The notes beneath the pieces are model-generated. The model made no database searches. It was not told the DNA's origin and saw only the letters and a program-made list of their open reading frames with translations. Position numbers and translations under genes: made by a program. A stretch of DNA of 64,000 nt from Pseudomonadota bacterium (lineage in GTDB: Bacteria > Pseudomonadota > Alphaproteobacteria > Caulobacterales > Hyphomonadaceae): contig JBCBBZ010000011.1 in the NCBI GenBank assembly GCA_038531165.1, forward strand, positions 1,028 through 65,027, given 5' to 3'. This document shows, piece by piece, positions 9,535 to 19,606 of the stretch. How positions within the stretch are numbered: position 1 is the stretch's first letter; each line of letters begins with the position of its first letter.

Positions 9535-10095
9535 TCAATCTTCCGCATTAAGTACGACGTTGGCTTGATAGGCAAAAGCTCGGCCATCGGTGACGACGAT
9601 GCGTTCAAACCCCAAGATCGCAGCCATATTGTAAACATCCATCTCTTGGCTAATACCCATTTCCGTGATCGCTGGCGCAAATCGAAGGACCGACGTTATG
9701 CGCGCGAGCATTGCCTTTGCGATGTAGGGTGTAGGCCTCCCGTCTCGCCCCAAAGGCATGAAGAGCAAGGTTTTGTTTTCAGTCCCAACGGCTTGAACAA
9801 CAATCGCAATATCTCTTTCGGAGTTAGTTGAAGCGCGATTGATCTGATCTACGAAAAACTGACGCTCTTGGGGCCCCGCGCCAAGAATAGGACCAAATCT
9901 GATTTCTGGTTGATCGGATACCGTCACTTTAGGGTAGTAGAGCCCCTCTCCTGTTGCAGCATCCGCTTCGATAAGCGCGTCCGCACTGACGAAATTCGTG
10001 TTGCTTGCAACCGGTGATGTTTCACAGGCCGAAACAAGCCCAGTGGCAAGCAAACACATGGCGATCATTTTGCCAAAAGTCGATTTATAAATCAT
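9535..10095 (-). CDS. Lipoprotein of unknown function, downstream of the RND operon
   Basis: Lipobox LLATGLVSAC. Same strand, 68 bp after the RND permease stop. Confidence 0.5.
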   Translation of the reverse strand: MIYKSTFGKMIAMCLLATGLVSACETSPVASNTNFVSADALIEADAATGEGLYYPKVTVSDQPEIRFGPILGAGPQERQFFVDQINRASTNSERDIAIVVQAVGTENKTLLFMPLGRDGRPTPYIAKAMLARITSVLRFAPAITEMGISQEMDVYNMAAILGFERIVVTDGRAFAYQANVVLNAED

Positions 10096-10163
10096 GGAAA
10101 TGTAATCCTATTCAGAGGTAACGAGTTTGCATGGAATGGCTTGGTAAGATCGTTCTTCTTCAA

Positions 10164-13100
10164 TCATACAAGTGCCGGATCAAGCTTTGCCACGGGCATA
10201 GATTTCGGCGCCCCAATCGCGAGGCAGGCCGGGACCAAGACCAAAATTAAGAAGCTAGAAAATACAATTCCGAAGGCGATACTGAGCGCCATCGGGATGA
10301 GGAATTGAGCCTGAATACTGGTTTCTGCAATCATTGGGACGAGCCCAATAAACGTGGTCAAGGTGGTGATCAGAATTGGGCGGAAACGTCGCCGAACGGA
10401 TTCGACGATATTGTTCAGCCGATCGCCGCCTTTGGTCTCTAACGTGTTGAAATAGTCAATCAAAACGATGCTGTCATTGATGATCACACCGGATAAGGCG
10501 ACGACTCCAAAAAGCGACAGAAACGAGAGGTCATACCCGAGCAACATATGGCCAAAAATTGCTCCAACCAAACCAAACGGAATGATCGCCATGATGACCA
10601 AGGGCTGCACGTAGGACTTTAGGACACTTGCGATGAGCGCATAGATGAGAAGGATCGCGATCAGGAAGTTTCTAAGCAGCCCGCCCATTTCTTCGGCTTG
10701 GCTCCGCGCTTGGCCTTCTGAGGAGGCTCGAAGGCCTGGAAAATCGTCGAGGATCGCCTGTAGTAATTCGTCTTGAATCAGCGCTGTAACGGCGTTGGGC
10801 GTCGTGACCGCTTCATCGACATCCGCTTCAATTGAGATCACGCGTTGACCGTCAACACGATCAATCGTGACGAAGCTTCGCGTTTCCTCAATGCTCGCGA
10901 CTGTGCTGAGCGCAACTTCGTCGCCGCTGGCGAGCGGGATACGCAAACGGGCAAGATCGGCCAAGCTTCGTCGCTCTGACTCAGGAAACCGGATGAACAC
11001 CTCAATCTCTTCCCCGTCCCTCTGGAAGCGTTGGACTTCCTCACCAAAGTATGAGCGGCGAATGGTCCGGGCTAAATCATCCACGGTCAGCCCCGCGGCG
11101 GCGCCTGCGGATGTCAAGCTAAAATCTATTTGTCGTTTTCCGGGTTGCGCCGTGGATTCGATTTCCCCAACGCCCGCAATGTCGGCCATTTGTGCGGCGA
11201 GCCGAGCGCTTGCCACCAGCAAAGCGTCTTCATCTGGATGCGAGAGATTGAAGCTAATATCTGCGCCGCCAGATAGGCCTGACGACTCAAACGTCAGCGA
11301 TTTAACCCCCGAGATCGGCCCGACGGCTTCGCGCCATCGACGTTCAATTTCGGCTGAGGTTAGGCCGCGCAGTTCCGCCGGCGCCAGCTCTAGGGTTGCG
11401 ACCGCCATTTCTGTACGTAATTCCGTTCCTGCTGCGCCGAACCCGGACGATAACCGACCGCCAACCGTCAAAGACAAAGACCGGTAAAGGCCGGAGGCCT
11501 CATCACCGACCCCGACCTCAAGCGCATCGACGACGCGCTGCATGGCATTTTCGGTTTGCTCAAACGGTGTGCCAGCCGGCATTTCCAGCGCGACTGTGAT
11601 TTCGTCACCTTCAACCGTTGGGAAAAAGATGAAACGAATATGACCGCCTGAAACCAGACCAGACACAGCAATAAGCAGCGATAAGGCACTGGCGATTACC
11701 ACGTAAGGGAAGCGAACACTCAAGCGCGCCAGCGGAACGAAAATCGCGTCGCGAACCGAATTCATGCCTGATTGAACGATTGATTTAAGCTGGCGCATCG
11801 CGCCAGTACTCCACTCGCGTCCATGCGAAAGGTGGTTCGGTAGGATTAAAAACGCTTCTACCAATGAGATCAGCAAAACGCTCAAGACAACGATCGGCAC
11901 CGGACGAAGCATTTGCCCGATCAGACCAGTTGAAAGCAGCAGCGTCGCAAAAGCGAGCATTGAGGTCGTGACCCCGACCAGGACAGGAACGAATACGCCT
12001 TGCGCGCCTTGGATCGCGGAGAGCACGCCTGGGCCTTTAAGCTCTTGCTGTTCGTGAATGTTCTCGCCGACCACCACGGCATCATCCACGACAATGCCAA
12101 GCACCACGATGAGGCCGAGCAGAGAGGTCATGTTAATTGTTGTAAATTGACCAAAGAGAATGAAGCCGCCAATGAAGGCTGCGGGAATGCCAATGCTCGT
12201 CCAGAATGCCAGTCTGAGATCGAGCGTGAGTGCCAAGAATACGAAAACCAGGGCGAGTCCCATAATCGCATTTCGCGCCAGCAAATTTACACGATCGCCG
12301 ATAATTTCGGTTGTATCGGCCACCCCAAGGACCTCTATGCCTGACGGCGGTGAATAGGCGTCCATATAGTCCGAAACAGCTTGTCGCACGTCAAACGCAT
12401 CTTCGTCCGCGGCGCGGTCTATTTGCAGAAAGACGGCTGACTTATCATTGTAAGTGTTGATCAGCGGCGTTTCGACAAAGCCGTCTTTAATCACGGCAAT
12501 GTCTCCAAGACGGACCCGGCGCCCGTCTTCATCGCTTAGGACTATAATGTCCGCAAAAGCGGATGCGTCTCGCGCTTCATTGTCTGCCCGCAGTAATATG
12601 TCACCGCCTGATGACCGGATCGTGCCGAGCGAGAGGTTGAGCGAAGAATTGCGAACGGCCGCAGCGACCTGATCGATCCGCAATCCGTAGGAACTGAGAT
12701 CATCCTCAGAAACTTCAATTGAGATCTCATAGTCACGCACGCCCTGAAGGGTCACCAAGCTAATCCCATCCGTCGACAACAAATCCCGTCGAAGCGCCTC
12801 GGCGGATTGCTTTAAGCTTTTTTCTGAGACGTTGCCGGTCACCACGAGCCGCATAACTGAGGAAGTTGCGCTGGCTACAGAGACGCGAGGCTGATTGGCG
12901 TCTTGGGGCGGAAAATCCGCGAGCGCGTCAATGGCCGATTGCGCCTCCTCTTTTACCGCCTGCGCATCAACGAAATCATTCAGTTCAAGATTGATGGTGC
13001 CAATGTTCTCTGCGGCAGTAGAGCTGACGCGGTCCACCCCTTCGATCCCAATAACAGCGTCTTCAACCCGGCGCGTGATTCCGTCCTCGATCTCAGCCGG

Positions 13101-13289
13101 GGTTGCCCCCGGATATTCGACCGAGATGGTCACCATCCTAGGATCGATCTCGGGAAGAATCTCCGATTTGGTTTGCCCCATAATGATGATGCCGCCCACT
13201 AAGAGCGCAAACATCAAAATGTTCGCCGCGACAGAGTTTTGCGCGAAGAGTGCGATTAAGCCGCGCGGCGCTGACGAAGGCGGTGTCAT
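10164..13289 (-). CDS. RND efflux transporter permease (AcrB/HAE-type)
   Basis: 1041 aa with a 12-TM, two-large-loop architecture. 4-bp overlap with the adaptor gene. Confidence 0.9.
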   Translation of the reverse strand: MTPPSSAPRGLIALFAQNSVAANILMFALLVGGIIIMGQTKSEILPEIDPRMVTISVEYPGATPAEIEDGITRRVEDAVIGIEGVDRVSSTAAENIGTINLELNDFVDAQAVKEEAQSAIDALADFPPQDANQPRVSVASATSSVMRLVVTGNVSEKSLKQSAEALRRDLLSTDGISLVTLQGVRDYEISIEVSEDDLSSYGLRIDQVAAAVRNSSLNLSLGTIRSSGGDILLRADNEARDASAFADIIVLSDEDGRRVRLGDIAVIKDGFVETPLINTYNDKSAVFLQIDRAADEDAFDVRQAVSDYMDAYSPPSGIEVLGVADTTEIIGDRVNLLARNAIMGLALVFVFLALTLDLRLAFWTSIGIPAAFIGGFILFGQFTTINMTSLLGLIVVLGIVVDDAVVVGENIHEQQELKGPGVLSAIQGAQGVFVPVLVGVTTSMLAFATLLLSTGLIGQMLRPVPIVVLSVLLISLVEAFLILPNHLSHGREWSTGAMRQLKSIVQSGMNSVRDAIFVPLARLSVRFPYVVIASALSLLIAVSGLVSGGHIRFIFFPTVEGDEITVALEMPAGTPFEQTENAMQRVVDALEVGVGDEASGLYRSLSLTVGGRLSSGFGAAGTELRTEMAVATLELAPAELRGLTSAEIERRWREAVGPISGVKSLTFESSGLSGGADISFNLSHPDEDALLVASARLAAQMADIAGVGEIESTAQPGKRQIDFSLTSAGAAAGLTVDDLARTIRRSYFGEEVQRFQRDGEEIEVFIRFPESERRSLADLARLRIPLASGDEVALSTVASIEETRSFVTIDRVDGQRVISIEADVDEAVTTPNAVTALIQDELLQAILDDFPGLRASSEGQARSQAEEMGGLLRNFLIAILLIYALIASVLKSYVQPLVIMAIIPFGLVGAIFGHMLLGYDLSFLSLFGVVALSGVIINDSIVLIDYFNTLETKGGDRLNNIVESVRRRFRPILITTLTTFIGLVPMIAETSIQAQFLIPMALSIAFGIVFSSFLILVLVPACLAIGAPKSMPVAKLDPALV

Positions 13290-14488
13290 AGCGGCGCCTC
13301 GCTATCCGCGCCCGCTTGCCCGCCCATGATGACTGGATCGCCGGCTTGAGGATCATTCAGGGTCGTCACAACGATGCCGTCTGCACTGTCGAATGGGAGC
13401 GAGACAATGCTGCCGGCTTCGGCTGAAACCAATTGAGGAGTTCGCGGGGCTAGGACACCTGCCTCAACAACCCATACGGTTCGATTTTCTTGGAGCGCCC
13501 CTTCCGGAAAGATATGAGCATTCGGAACAACTGGGCCACTAATCTCAACATCCACAAAATCACCAGGCCGCAACTCAACATCGTCTTTGAGTTCGAGAAT
13601 GAGCCGCGCCAAGCGGGTTTGCGCATCAAGCTCGGCGTCTTCTCTCATCACTTCAGCGGCATAAGCAATCATTGGCTGCGCTAAGGCTGTTTGACGCGTG
13701 CGGACCACGGCTTCACGTCCGGCTGCAGGAGATAACCCGTCCAAGACAGCCGGGTTGACGGCGACCGAAATTTCGACACTCGAAGGGTCATAGGCGCGTC
13801 CGTAAGACTGACCAGCAGATAGGTTTTGACCGACTTCGATCGTGGTCGACAAAATCCGACCATCAAACGGCAGTGAATAAGTCACGCGCGATAAATCTAA
13901 GCGCGCATCTGCGAGGGCTGCTTCTGCGGACCGCACAGCCGCCTCAGCACGCGCCATTTGTGGCTCCCGCGCCACATTCGCCGGAATGGGTTCATTCGGC
14001 CGCACGAGTTGCCATTCATTTCGCGCGATTTCAGCTTCGGTTTGCTCAACTTGCAAGTCGGCTTGTCGGGACACTAAGTCGGCTCGGGCCCGGTCGATAT
14101 TCGCGCGATAATCGGAATCGTCTAAGCGAAAGAGCGTTTCACCCGCACGAAAAGTACCGCCTGATGCCAGTGCAGGATTAACCGAAACAACCCGGCCACT
14201 TACTTGCGGGCTGAGTTCAATCGAATTTCGAACCTGGACCGTTCCGGTCTCATTCACACGGATTTGCGTGTCTCGCATGATTGGCTGAACGACATCAACG
14301 GAGGCGACGGAAGAGGTCCCGGCACGAATTTGCGGTGCGGTCGATGTGCTGGATAAGATTTGGTTCGCCGCAATCCCTGCCCCAAGCACGCCGACAACTA
14401 AAACGATCTGGAGGATTCCATTTGACCGGGCTTTCGTGCTTTCTGCCGGTTGGGACTCTTCGTTTTGCGTGTTTTCCACTTCGGTCAT
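13286..14488 (-). CDS. RND efflux periplasmic adaptor (MFP/HlyD-like)
   Basis: N-terminal TM anchor, coiled-coil hairpin region (ANIDRARADLVSRQADLQVEQTEAEIARNEW) and barrel domains. 4-bp overlaps on both sides. Confidence 0.85.
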   Translation of the reverse strand: MTEVENTQNEESQPAESTKARSNGILQIVLVVGVLGAGIAANQILSSTSTAPQIRAGTSSVASVDVVQPIMRDTQIRVNETGTVQVRNSIELSPQVSGRVVSVNPALASGGTFRAGETLFRLDDSDYRANIDRARADLVSRQADLQVEQTEAEIARNEWQLVRPNEPIPANVAREPQMARAEAAVRSAEAALADARLDLSRVTYSLPFDGRILSTTIEVGQNLSAGQSYGRAYDPSSVEISVAVNPAVLDGLSPAAGREAVVRTRQTALAQPMIAYAAEVMREDAELDAQTRLARLILELKDDVELRPGDFVDVEISGPVVPNAHIFPEGALQENRTVWVVEAGVLAPRTPQLVSAEAGSIVSLPFDSADGIVVTTLNDPQAGDPVIMGGQAGADSEAPL

Positions 14489-15978
14489 CGTGCGCCCTTC
14501 CCATCAAATTCCGGACTTGACTGAGCAAACGCAGTCTCATCTTGCGCGGTCCACTCCCCGCCAAGGCTCAGAAACAAATCAATATGTGCATTTGCGATTG
14601 CTTGATCCGCCAAAATCAAATTCTGCTCGGCTAAGTCCAGGCTCCGCTGGGTTTCCAAAACCGAAAGAATTGACGCGAGACCCTGTCGATAGCGTCCTTG
14701 CGCCAGCTCGTTCGAGACCCGGGCAGTATCAAAGGCGTTGTGAAGCAAAATCCGTTGCCGCTTAAGTCCGTCGAGGTCACTCAACGCGATCTCGACATCG
14801 ATCACAGCCGCCAGCATGGTTCGCGCAAAGGCGGTCGCGAGCTCCGTCGCACGCGCTTGTTCAATCTGAATTTGGGCTTTTAGGCGCCCGCCTTGAAAGA
14901 CTGGCGCCGTAATCGAGTTTGCGAGGCTCGCAATATATTCATCCCAGTCGAAAATTTCGCCCGGTGTATCGGCTTGAAATGTTAGCGATGCACTGAGCGA
15001 TAATGCTGGATACAAATTTGCCCGCGCTGCGCCGACATCCTCTAGTGCTGCGAGGTATCGCAATTCAGAGGCCGCAACATCTGGGCGGTTGGCGAGCAGA
15101 TTAGCCGGCCGACCGATCGGTAGCGAAATGGGAGACAGTAGCTCGACACCGCCCTTAAAGGTCTCTTCGGTTTGTCCCGGGGACCGCGCTAACTGCTCAT
15201 CCAAAATGAGCAGCTGATTGGTCAGATCTGTTTCGATTTGCGGGATGTCTGAAAGCGCCGTGTCCAGGTTTTGTAGCGCAATTTGCACATCACTTGCGGA
15301 CGCTGTCGTAGATCCTCCCGTATAGCGCTGGTCGGTGAGTTCATATGTCGACCGAAAGCTCTCGGCGGTCCGCTCAGCCAGATTTAAACGCTTTTGCAGC
15401 GTGATCGCTGACACCCAATTCTTAGCAAGAATCGCGATTTCGCGTTGCTCAGTTGCTTGAACAGAAAGCTGACTCGCCAACGCATTCAGTTTCGCAGACC
15501 GTTCGGTTGCTCTAAATGCTCCAAAGATATCGGCATTAAAGTCAAAGATTAGTCCAGCCGAATACGCCTCGGACCATGAAAAATCGCCTGCGAAATCTGG
15601 GCCACGCACTGTCGACACATCGCCTAAGGCTGTCAAAGATGGCAGTCGCTGGCCGCGTGCTATTTTGGCGCTCTGAAGGGCCTGCTCAGCTTGCAAATTA
15701 GCCTCTTTCAATATGAATGATTGGGCACGCAAGACGGCGACCAGATCGTCGAGTTCTGAGCCGCCAGTACTCGACCACCAGCTCAGCATTTGAGGTTGAC
15801 CCGCCTCATTTGACACCGCGCCGAGGTACGTCTCCTGTTGGCTTAGATTATCAATCAAAAGGGGCTGCATTGGGTCGGGTGTCATGGCGCACCCGGTCGT
15901 CGCAGCGCTCAACAAAGCGGCGCCGAGTAATCGTTTTTTAGGTCTCGGTTTGTCGGCCATAAAGCGCTCAATCCTCAA
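14485..15978 (-). CDS. Efflux outer-membrane factor lipoprotein (NodT/TolC family)
   Basis: Lipobox LLSAATTGC. Two-repeat OEP-like sequence. First gene of the three-gene efflux operon. Confidence 0.85.
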   Translation of the reverse strand: MRIERFMADKPRPKKRLLGAALLSAATTGCAMTPDPMQPLLIDNLSQQETYLGAVSNEAGQPQMLSWWSSTGGSELDDLVAVLRAQSFILKEANLQAEQALQSAKIARGQRLPSLTALGDVSTVRGPDFAGDFSWSEAYSAGLIFDFNADIFGAFRATERSAKLNALASQLSVQATEQREIAILAKNWVSAITLQKRLNLAERTAESFRSTYELTDQRYTGGSTTASASDVQIALQNLDTALSDIPQIETDLTNQLLILDEQLARSPGQTEETFKGGVELLSPISLPIGRPANLLANRPDVAASELRYLAALEDVGAARANLYPALSLSASLTFQADTPGEIFDWDEYIASLANSITAPVFQGGRLKAQIQIEQARATELATAFARTMLAAVIDVEIALSDLDGLKRQRILLHNAFDTARVSNELAQGRYRQGLASILSVLETQRSLDLAEQNLILADQAIANAHIDLFLSLGGEWTAQDETAFAQSSPEFDGKGAR

Positions 15979-16086
15979 TTTCTATTGATATGCCAGTTCG
16001 CCAAACAGCATATGTCCGGTCGCCAGTTTTTCGTTCTTGCGACCGGACAATTTGCGTTTCGAGCGTATGAGCGCTGGGTCTCAAAA

Positions 16087-16500
16087 CTATTGCAAAGACT
16101 CGATTTCTTCCGCCGAGAGCACACCGTCCTCATTCACATCCGCGGTTGTGAACCGCGGCGCTGGCGCTTCCAACATTTCAGCTTTGGAAATGCTCCCATC
16201 ACCGTCGGCATCTGCATTGGCGGCTAGCTCTTCGAACGCCTCAGTAAAACGGACCTTCCCGGGACCGAACCTTGGACGGTCATCTAGATTAACCACGCCA
16301 TCTGAGTTGCGGTCCATTCTTTCGAAACCGGTCGCGCGCATATCGACAACTTCTTGCCACTCTATCGCACCATCTCCATTACGATCTGCAGCGGCGAGGC
16401 GTCCTCCATCTTGAGCGAGGGCAACGCCAGTTGTTGCAAGCAAAGACAGCCCTCCGAGACATGCAAGCAAACGCAGCTTACGGTGTTGTGTCAGTGTCAT
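16087..16500 (-). CDS. Secreted EF-hand calcium-binding protein (4 EF loops)
   Basis: Signal peptide. Loops DRNGDGAIEWQE, DRNSDGVVNLDD, DADGDGSISKAE, DVNEDGVLSAEE. Confidence 0.8.
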   Translation of the reverse strand: MTLTQHRKLRLLACLGGLSLLATTGVALAQDGGRLAAADRNGDGAIEWQEVVDMRATGFERMDRNSDGVVNLDDRPRFGPGKVRFTEAFEELAANADADGDGSISKAEMLEAPAPRFTTADVNEDGVLSAEEIESLQ

Positions 16501-16552
16501 ATTTGTTCTCCATAATGAGGTAAGGCCCCAAACTGCGACAAACGCAGCACCA

Positions 16553-16569
16553 TTAATGAATTACATTAA
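16553..16569. promoter_or_regulatory. Motif-A palindrome TTAATGAATTACATTAA
   Basis: Perfect ATTAATG/CATTAAT arms. 52 bp upstream of the EF-hand gene start. Confidence 0.6.
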
Positions 16570-16735
16570 TTTATTTCATTTGAAAACCCAGAGAGTTAGC
16601 GGTCACTGCATTAAAATACCGCAACCATATTCAGTTCCCGCCGCCCTTCAGCAGGACCCAATTTGCCCCACTCCAGCGCCGCGAAGCCTCTTCAGAGGGT
16701 TTAGGGTGCCGATCGATCTAAGTGTCAGCCCTCGA

Positions 16736-17182
16736 TCATCCGGCAACCATTCCCTTTGGACGAAGCCGCTCAAATATAAGTCCGCCGACGGCTCCGGCTG
16801 CCATCTGCATCAAGAGACCATAGGTTTCTTGCGCGCCCAGAATTGGGAACACCCCAAATCTCAAATACATTAAACTGAGCGCGGCCCCGATCGCAGCAGC
16901 GCCGGCGACCGGATAGGCAATGATGGCGAGGTTCGGAACAATTTGTTTGACCCCACGCGCCACTCCAAACGCAATCGCGAAGCCCAATAGAATAACCACA
17001 AGATAAGGCACCATATGTAGCACGGCATGGGTCATGCTAGAGACGTTATCTAAGAGTGAAATTTCGAGCCCCAGGCCCATTAATCCCATCAACACTACAA
17101 ATTGTGAGAACAGGGCCGCAAGCACATAAGAACCGATGCCACTCGCTAGCCAAGCGCCTAGTGTTCTCGGAAAACTCTTCAT
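16736..17182 (-). CDS. Small integral membrane protein, unknown function
   Basis: About four hydrophobic helices. Strong RBS GGGGGAGAGG directly upstream of the ATG at 17182; the track start at 17212 is less likely. Confidence 0.45.
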   Translation of the reverse strand: MKSFPRTLGAWLASGIGSYVLAALFSQFVVLMGLMGLGLEISLLDNVSSMTHAVLHMVPYLVVILLGFAIAFGVARGVKQIVPNLAIIAYPVAGAAAIGAALSLMYLRFGVFPILGAQETYGLLMQMAAGAVGGLIFERLRPKGMVAG

Positions 17183-17229
17183 AAACCTCTCCCCCTTGAC
17201 GACGATCTTCATGTGCTCGTAAGAAGCAA

Positions 17230-17246
17230 TTAATGCCCAACATTAC
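17230..17246. promoter_or_regulatory. Motif-A palindrome TTAATGCCCAACATTAC
   Basis: In the 82-bp divergent gap between the membrane protein (-) and the PQQ dehydrogenase (+). Confidence 0.55.
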
Positions 17247-17264
17247 AACGGGCAATCATGGAGT

Positions 17265-18422
17265 ATGTCAATGCGCTTCTTTTTGCTGGCCATCCTGACG
17301 CAGCTGGCTCTTAGTGGAGCCATCGGAGTCGAGGCCGAGGCACCCGGCTTCGGTTTGGCAGAACCCTTCCCAAGCGATGAATACGAGGTTGAGGTGATCG
17401 CTCAAGGGTTGGACACGCCCTGGGACATCACTTGGCTGCCAAATGGAGACACGCTGATCACCGAACGTGACGGCGCTTTACGATTGATGCGCGGCGGTGA
17501 ACTCTTGGCCACCCCAATTGATGGCTTACCCAGTGTTTATGCGAGCAGTCAGGCCGGGCTTTTCGAAATCGCGCCGCATCCACGGTTTGAAGATAATGGG
17601 TGGATCTATTTCTCATATGCGCATGGCACGAAAAGCAAAAATACGCTTCGGCTCGCACGCGCGCAATATGTGCCAACGGCGGCCGGTGCGCGCCTCGAAA
17701 ACCTGTCCGTTCTGTTTGAAGCGAATGCCTATCGAAATAGTCCGGCGCATTATGGGGGGCGGTTTGTCTTTTTAGCAGATGAAACCCTGCTGCTGACATC
17801 AGGTGAAGGATATGCCTTCCGTCATGAGGCCCAAAAACTCGACAGCCATTTCGGCAAAACGCTGCGACTGACCGATACGGGCAAACCGGTACCCGATAGC
17901 CCCTTTGTGGACACTGCAGGCGCGTTGCCCGAGATATGGTCTTATGGTCATCGCAACCATCAAGGAATTGCCGTTGCATCTGATGGGATTGTTTACTCAA
18001 ATGAGCACGGCGCGCGCGGCGGTGACGAGATCAATGTGATTGCCCCTGGCGTGAACTTTGGGTGGCCCCTTGTGACCTGGGGCGTGGATTATTCTGGGGC
18101 GCAAATTAGCCCCTACTCTGAAACCGACGGGACTGTTCAACCGATCCTTTATTGGACCCCGTCAATCGCCCCAAGCGCCCTGATGTATTATGATGGCACC
18201 GTCTTCCCGGAATGGCGCGGCTTGCTGTTCTCATCAGGACTCGCCACACGCGAAATTCGCGTCATTGACCCAGCCGCGCCAGACGCAAAACAGTTTTCGT
18301 TGCTGACCGAGCTTGATGTTCGCATCCGAGATGTTGCGATGGGGCCGGATGGCTACATCTACGCTCTAACGGAGGGGCCCGGCGGCGGCGAAGTGTTGAA
18401 ACTGAGGCCGGGCGCCGAGTGA
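17265..18422 (+). CDS. PQQ-dependent soluble sugar (aldose/sorbosone) dehydrogenase family
   Basis: Signal peptide. Motifs LDTPWDITWLPNGDTLITERDG, YGHRNHQG, GGDEINVI...GVNFGWP are typical of the YliI/sGDH beta-propeller family. Confidence 0.8.
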   Translation: MSMRFFLLAILTQLALSGAIGVEAEAPGFGLAEPFPSDEYEVEVIAQGLDTPWDITWLPNGDTLITERDGALRLMRGGELLATPIDGLPSVYASSQAGLFEIAPHPRFEDNGWIYFSYAHGTKSKNTLRLARAQYVPTAAGARLENLSVLFEANAYRNSPAHYGGRFVFLADETLLLTSGEGYAFRHEAQKLDSHFGKTLRLTDTGKPVPDSPFVDTAGALPEIWSYGHRNHQGIAVASDGIVYSNEHGARGGDEINVIAPGVNFGWPLVTWGVDYSGAQISPYSETDGTVQPILYWTPSIAPSALMYYDGTVFPEWRGLLFSSGLATREIRVIDPAAPDAKQFSLLTELDVRIRDVAMGPDGYIYALTEGPGGGEVLKLRPGAE

Positions 18423-18503
18423 TTACCGCCTGGGCGGATAGGGGCTCAATAGGAAAGCTTCAATGCAAGCTCTCACTGCACGGTCTTATCCTTGACCAAT
18501 GCA

Positions 18504-18520
18504 TTAATGTGTCACATTAT
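18504..18520. promoter_or_regulatory. Motif-A palindrome TTAATGTGTCACATTAT
   Basis: TAATGTG-T-CACATTA is a perfect 7-1-7. About 80 bp upstream of the NMO start. Confidence 0.6.
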
Positions 18521-18596
18521 TTTGAAGGTTTGAGAGCGTCTGTCGATGCGACCCAAACCAAGAGACGAAACATCAGATAGAGCAAGAGCGCGACAC

Positions 18597-19571
18597 ATGC
18601 GAACCAAACTCACCGAACTCCTCGGAATCAAGGCGCCGATCATTTGCGGAGGTATGATGCGTGTCGGGACCGCCGACTTGGCGGCGGCTGTCTCGAATGC
18701 AGGTGGTCTTGGTGTTATGACCGCTCTTACTCAAAAGACCGCGGACGGTCTCGAGACTGAAATCGCGCGTTGCCAATCGATGACGGACAAACCCTTTGGC
18801 GTAAACCTGACCGTCGGGGTCGTCTCGACAGCGATTGACTATGATGAATATGTCGATGTCATCATCAAAAGCGGCGTCAAAATTGTCGAGACTGCAGGGC
18901 GCAGCCCAGCGCCCTTTATGGAGCGTTTCAAAGCTGCTGGCATAAAAGTGATCCATAAATGCGTCGCGGTTCGCCATGCTCTGTCGGCTGAGAAACTGGG
19001 CGTCGATGTCGTCAGCATAGACGGGTTTGAATGCGCAGGACATCCAGGCGACAAGGACATTGGTGGCCTTGTACTGTTTCCTGCTGCAGCACGTGTGCTT
19101 GATATCCCGGTCGTCGCGTCTGGGGGAATTGCCGACGGCAAGGGCTTGGCCGCCGCTTTGGCGCTGGGATGCGATGGCGTGAACATGGGCACACGCTTTC
19201 TGGCCACCCAGGAAGCGCCTATCCACGATGGCATCAAGGACAAGATCGTCGCGATGGATGAAAACCAGACGCAAGTCATCTTTCGCACATTCAACAATAC
19301 AGTGCGCGTCTTCAGAAACTCGGTTTCGGAGAAAGTCGCAGCAGTGGAAGCGGCGGGCGGCACGTATAACGACATTCGCGAGCTTGTGTCTGGCGCCAAT
19401 CAGGAAATCGCCTGGCAAACCGGAGATATTGAAGCCGGGATGGTCAGTGCCGGACTATCCGGGGCGTTGGTCGAACAGGTCTTGACCTGTGAGGAACTGA
19501 TCGACTCGATTGTTGCCGAAGCAAAATCAATTATCACCGATCGCCTGACCGGAATGTTTGCGGAGGCTTAG
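18597..19571 (+). CDS. Nitronate monooxygenase (NMO/2-nitropropane dioxygenase, FabK-like TIM barrel)
   Basis: MRTKLTELLGIKAPIICGGM...GGLGVM...ASGGIADGKGLAAALALGCDGVNMGTRF. Start taken at the internal ATG 18597. Confidence 0.8.
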   Translation: MRTKLTELLGIKAPIICGGMMRVGTADLAAAVSNAGGLGVMTALTQKTADGLETEIARCQSMTDKPFGVNLTVGVVSTAIDYDEYVDVIIKSGVKIVETAGRSPAPFMERFKAAGIKVIHKCVAVRHALSAEKLGVDVVSIDGFECAGHPGDKDIGGLVLFPAAARVLDIPVVASGGIADGKGLAAALALGCDGVNMGTRFLATQEAPIHDGIKDKIVAMDENQTQVIFRTFNNTVRVFRNSVSEKVAAVEAAGGTYNDIRELVSGANQEIAWQTGDIEAGMVSAGLSGALVEQVLTCEELIDSIVAEAKSIITDRLTGMFAEA

Positions 19572-19606
19572 ACCTGTAACTCATCCAGTCGTGCGTGTTG
19601 GTGTCT

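Noticed and set aside
10867-11487. 206-aa plus-strand ORF inside the RND permease gene, plus similar ORFs at 12000..12344 and 12895..13329
   Set aside because: They are antisense shadows of a 1041-aa AcrB-type CDS, with Ser/Arg/Pro-rich products.
16556-16873. 105-aa plus-strand ORF starting in the EF-hand/membrane-protein gap
   Set aside because: It starts inside the motif-A palindrome and mostly overlaps the minus-strand membrane protein gene. The product is Pro/Ser-rich and unrecognisable.
18573-19418. 281-aa and 186-aa minus-strand ORFs antisense to the nitronate monooxygenase gene
   Set aside because: They are fully nested in a well-supported CDS. The products are Arg/Ser/Cys-rich with no motif, which is typical of shadow ORFs in moderately GC-rich DNA.
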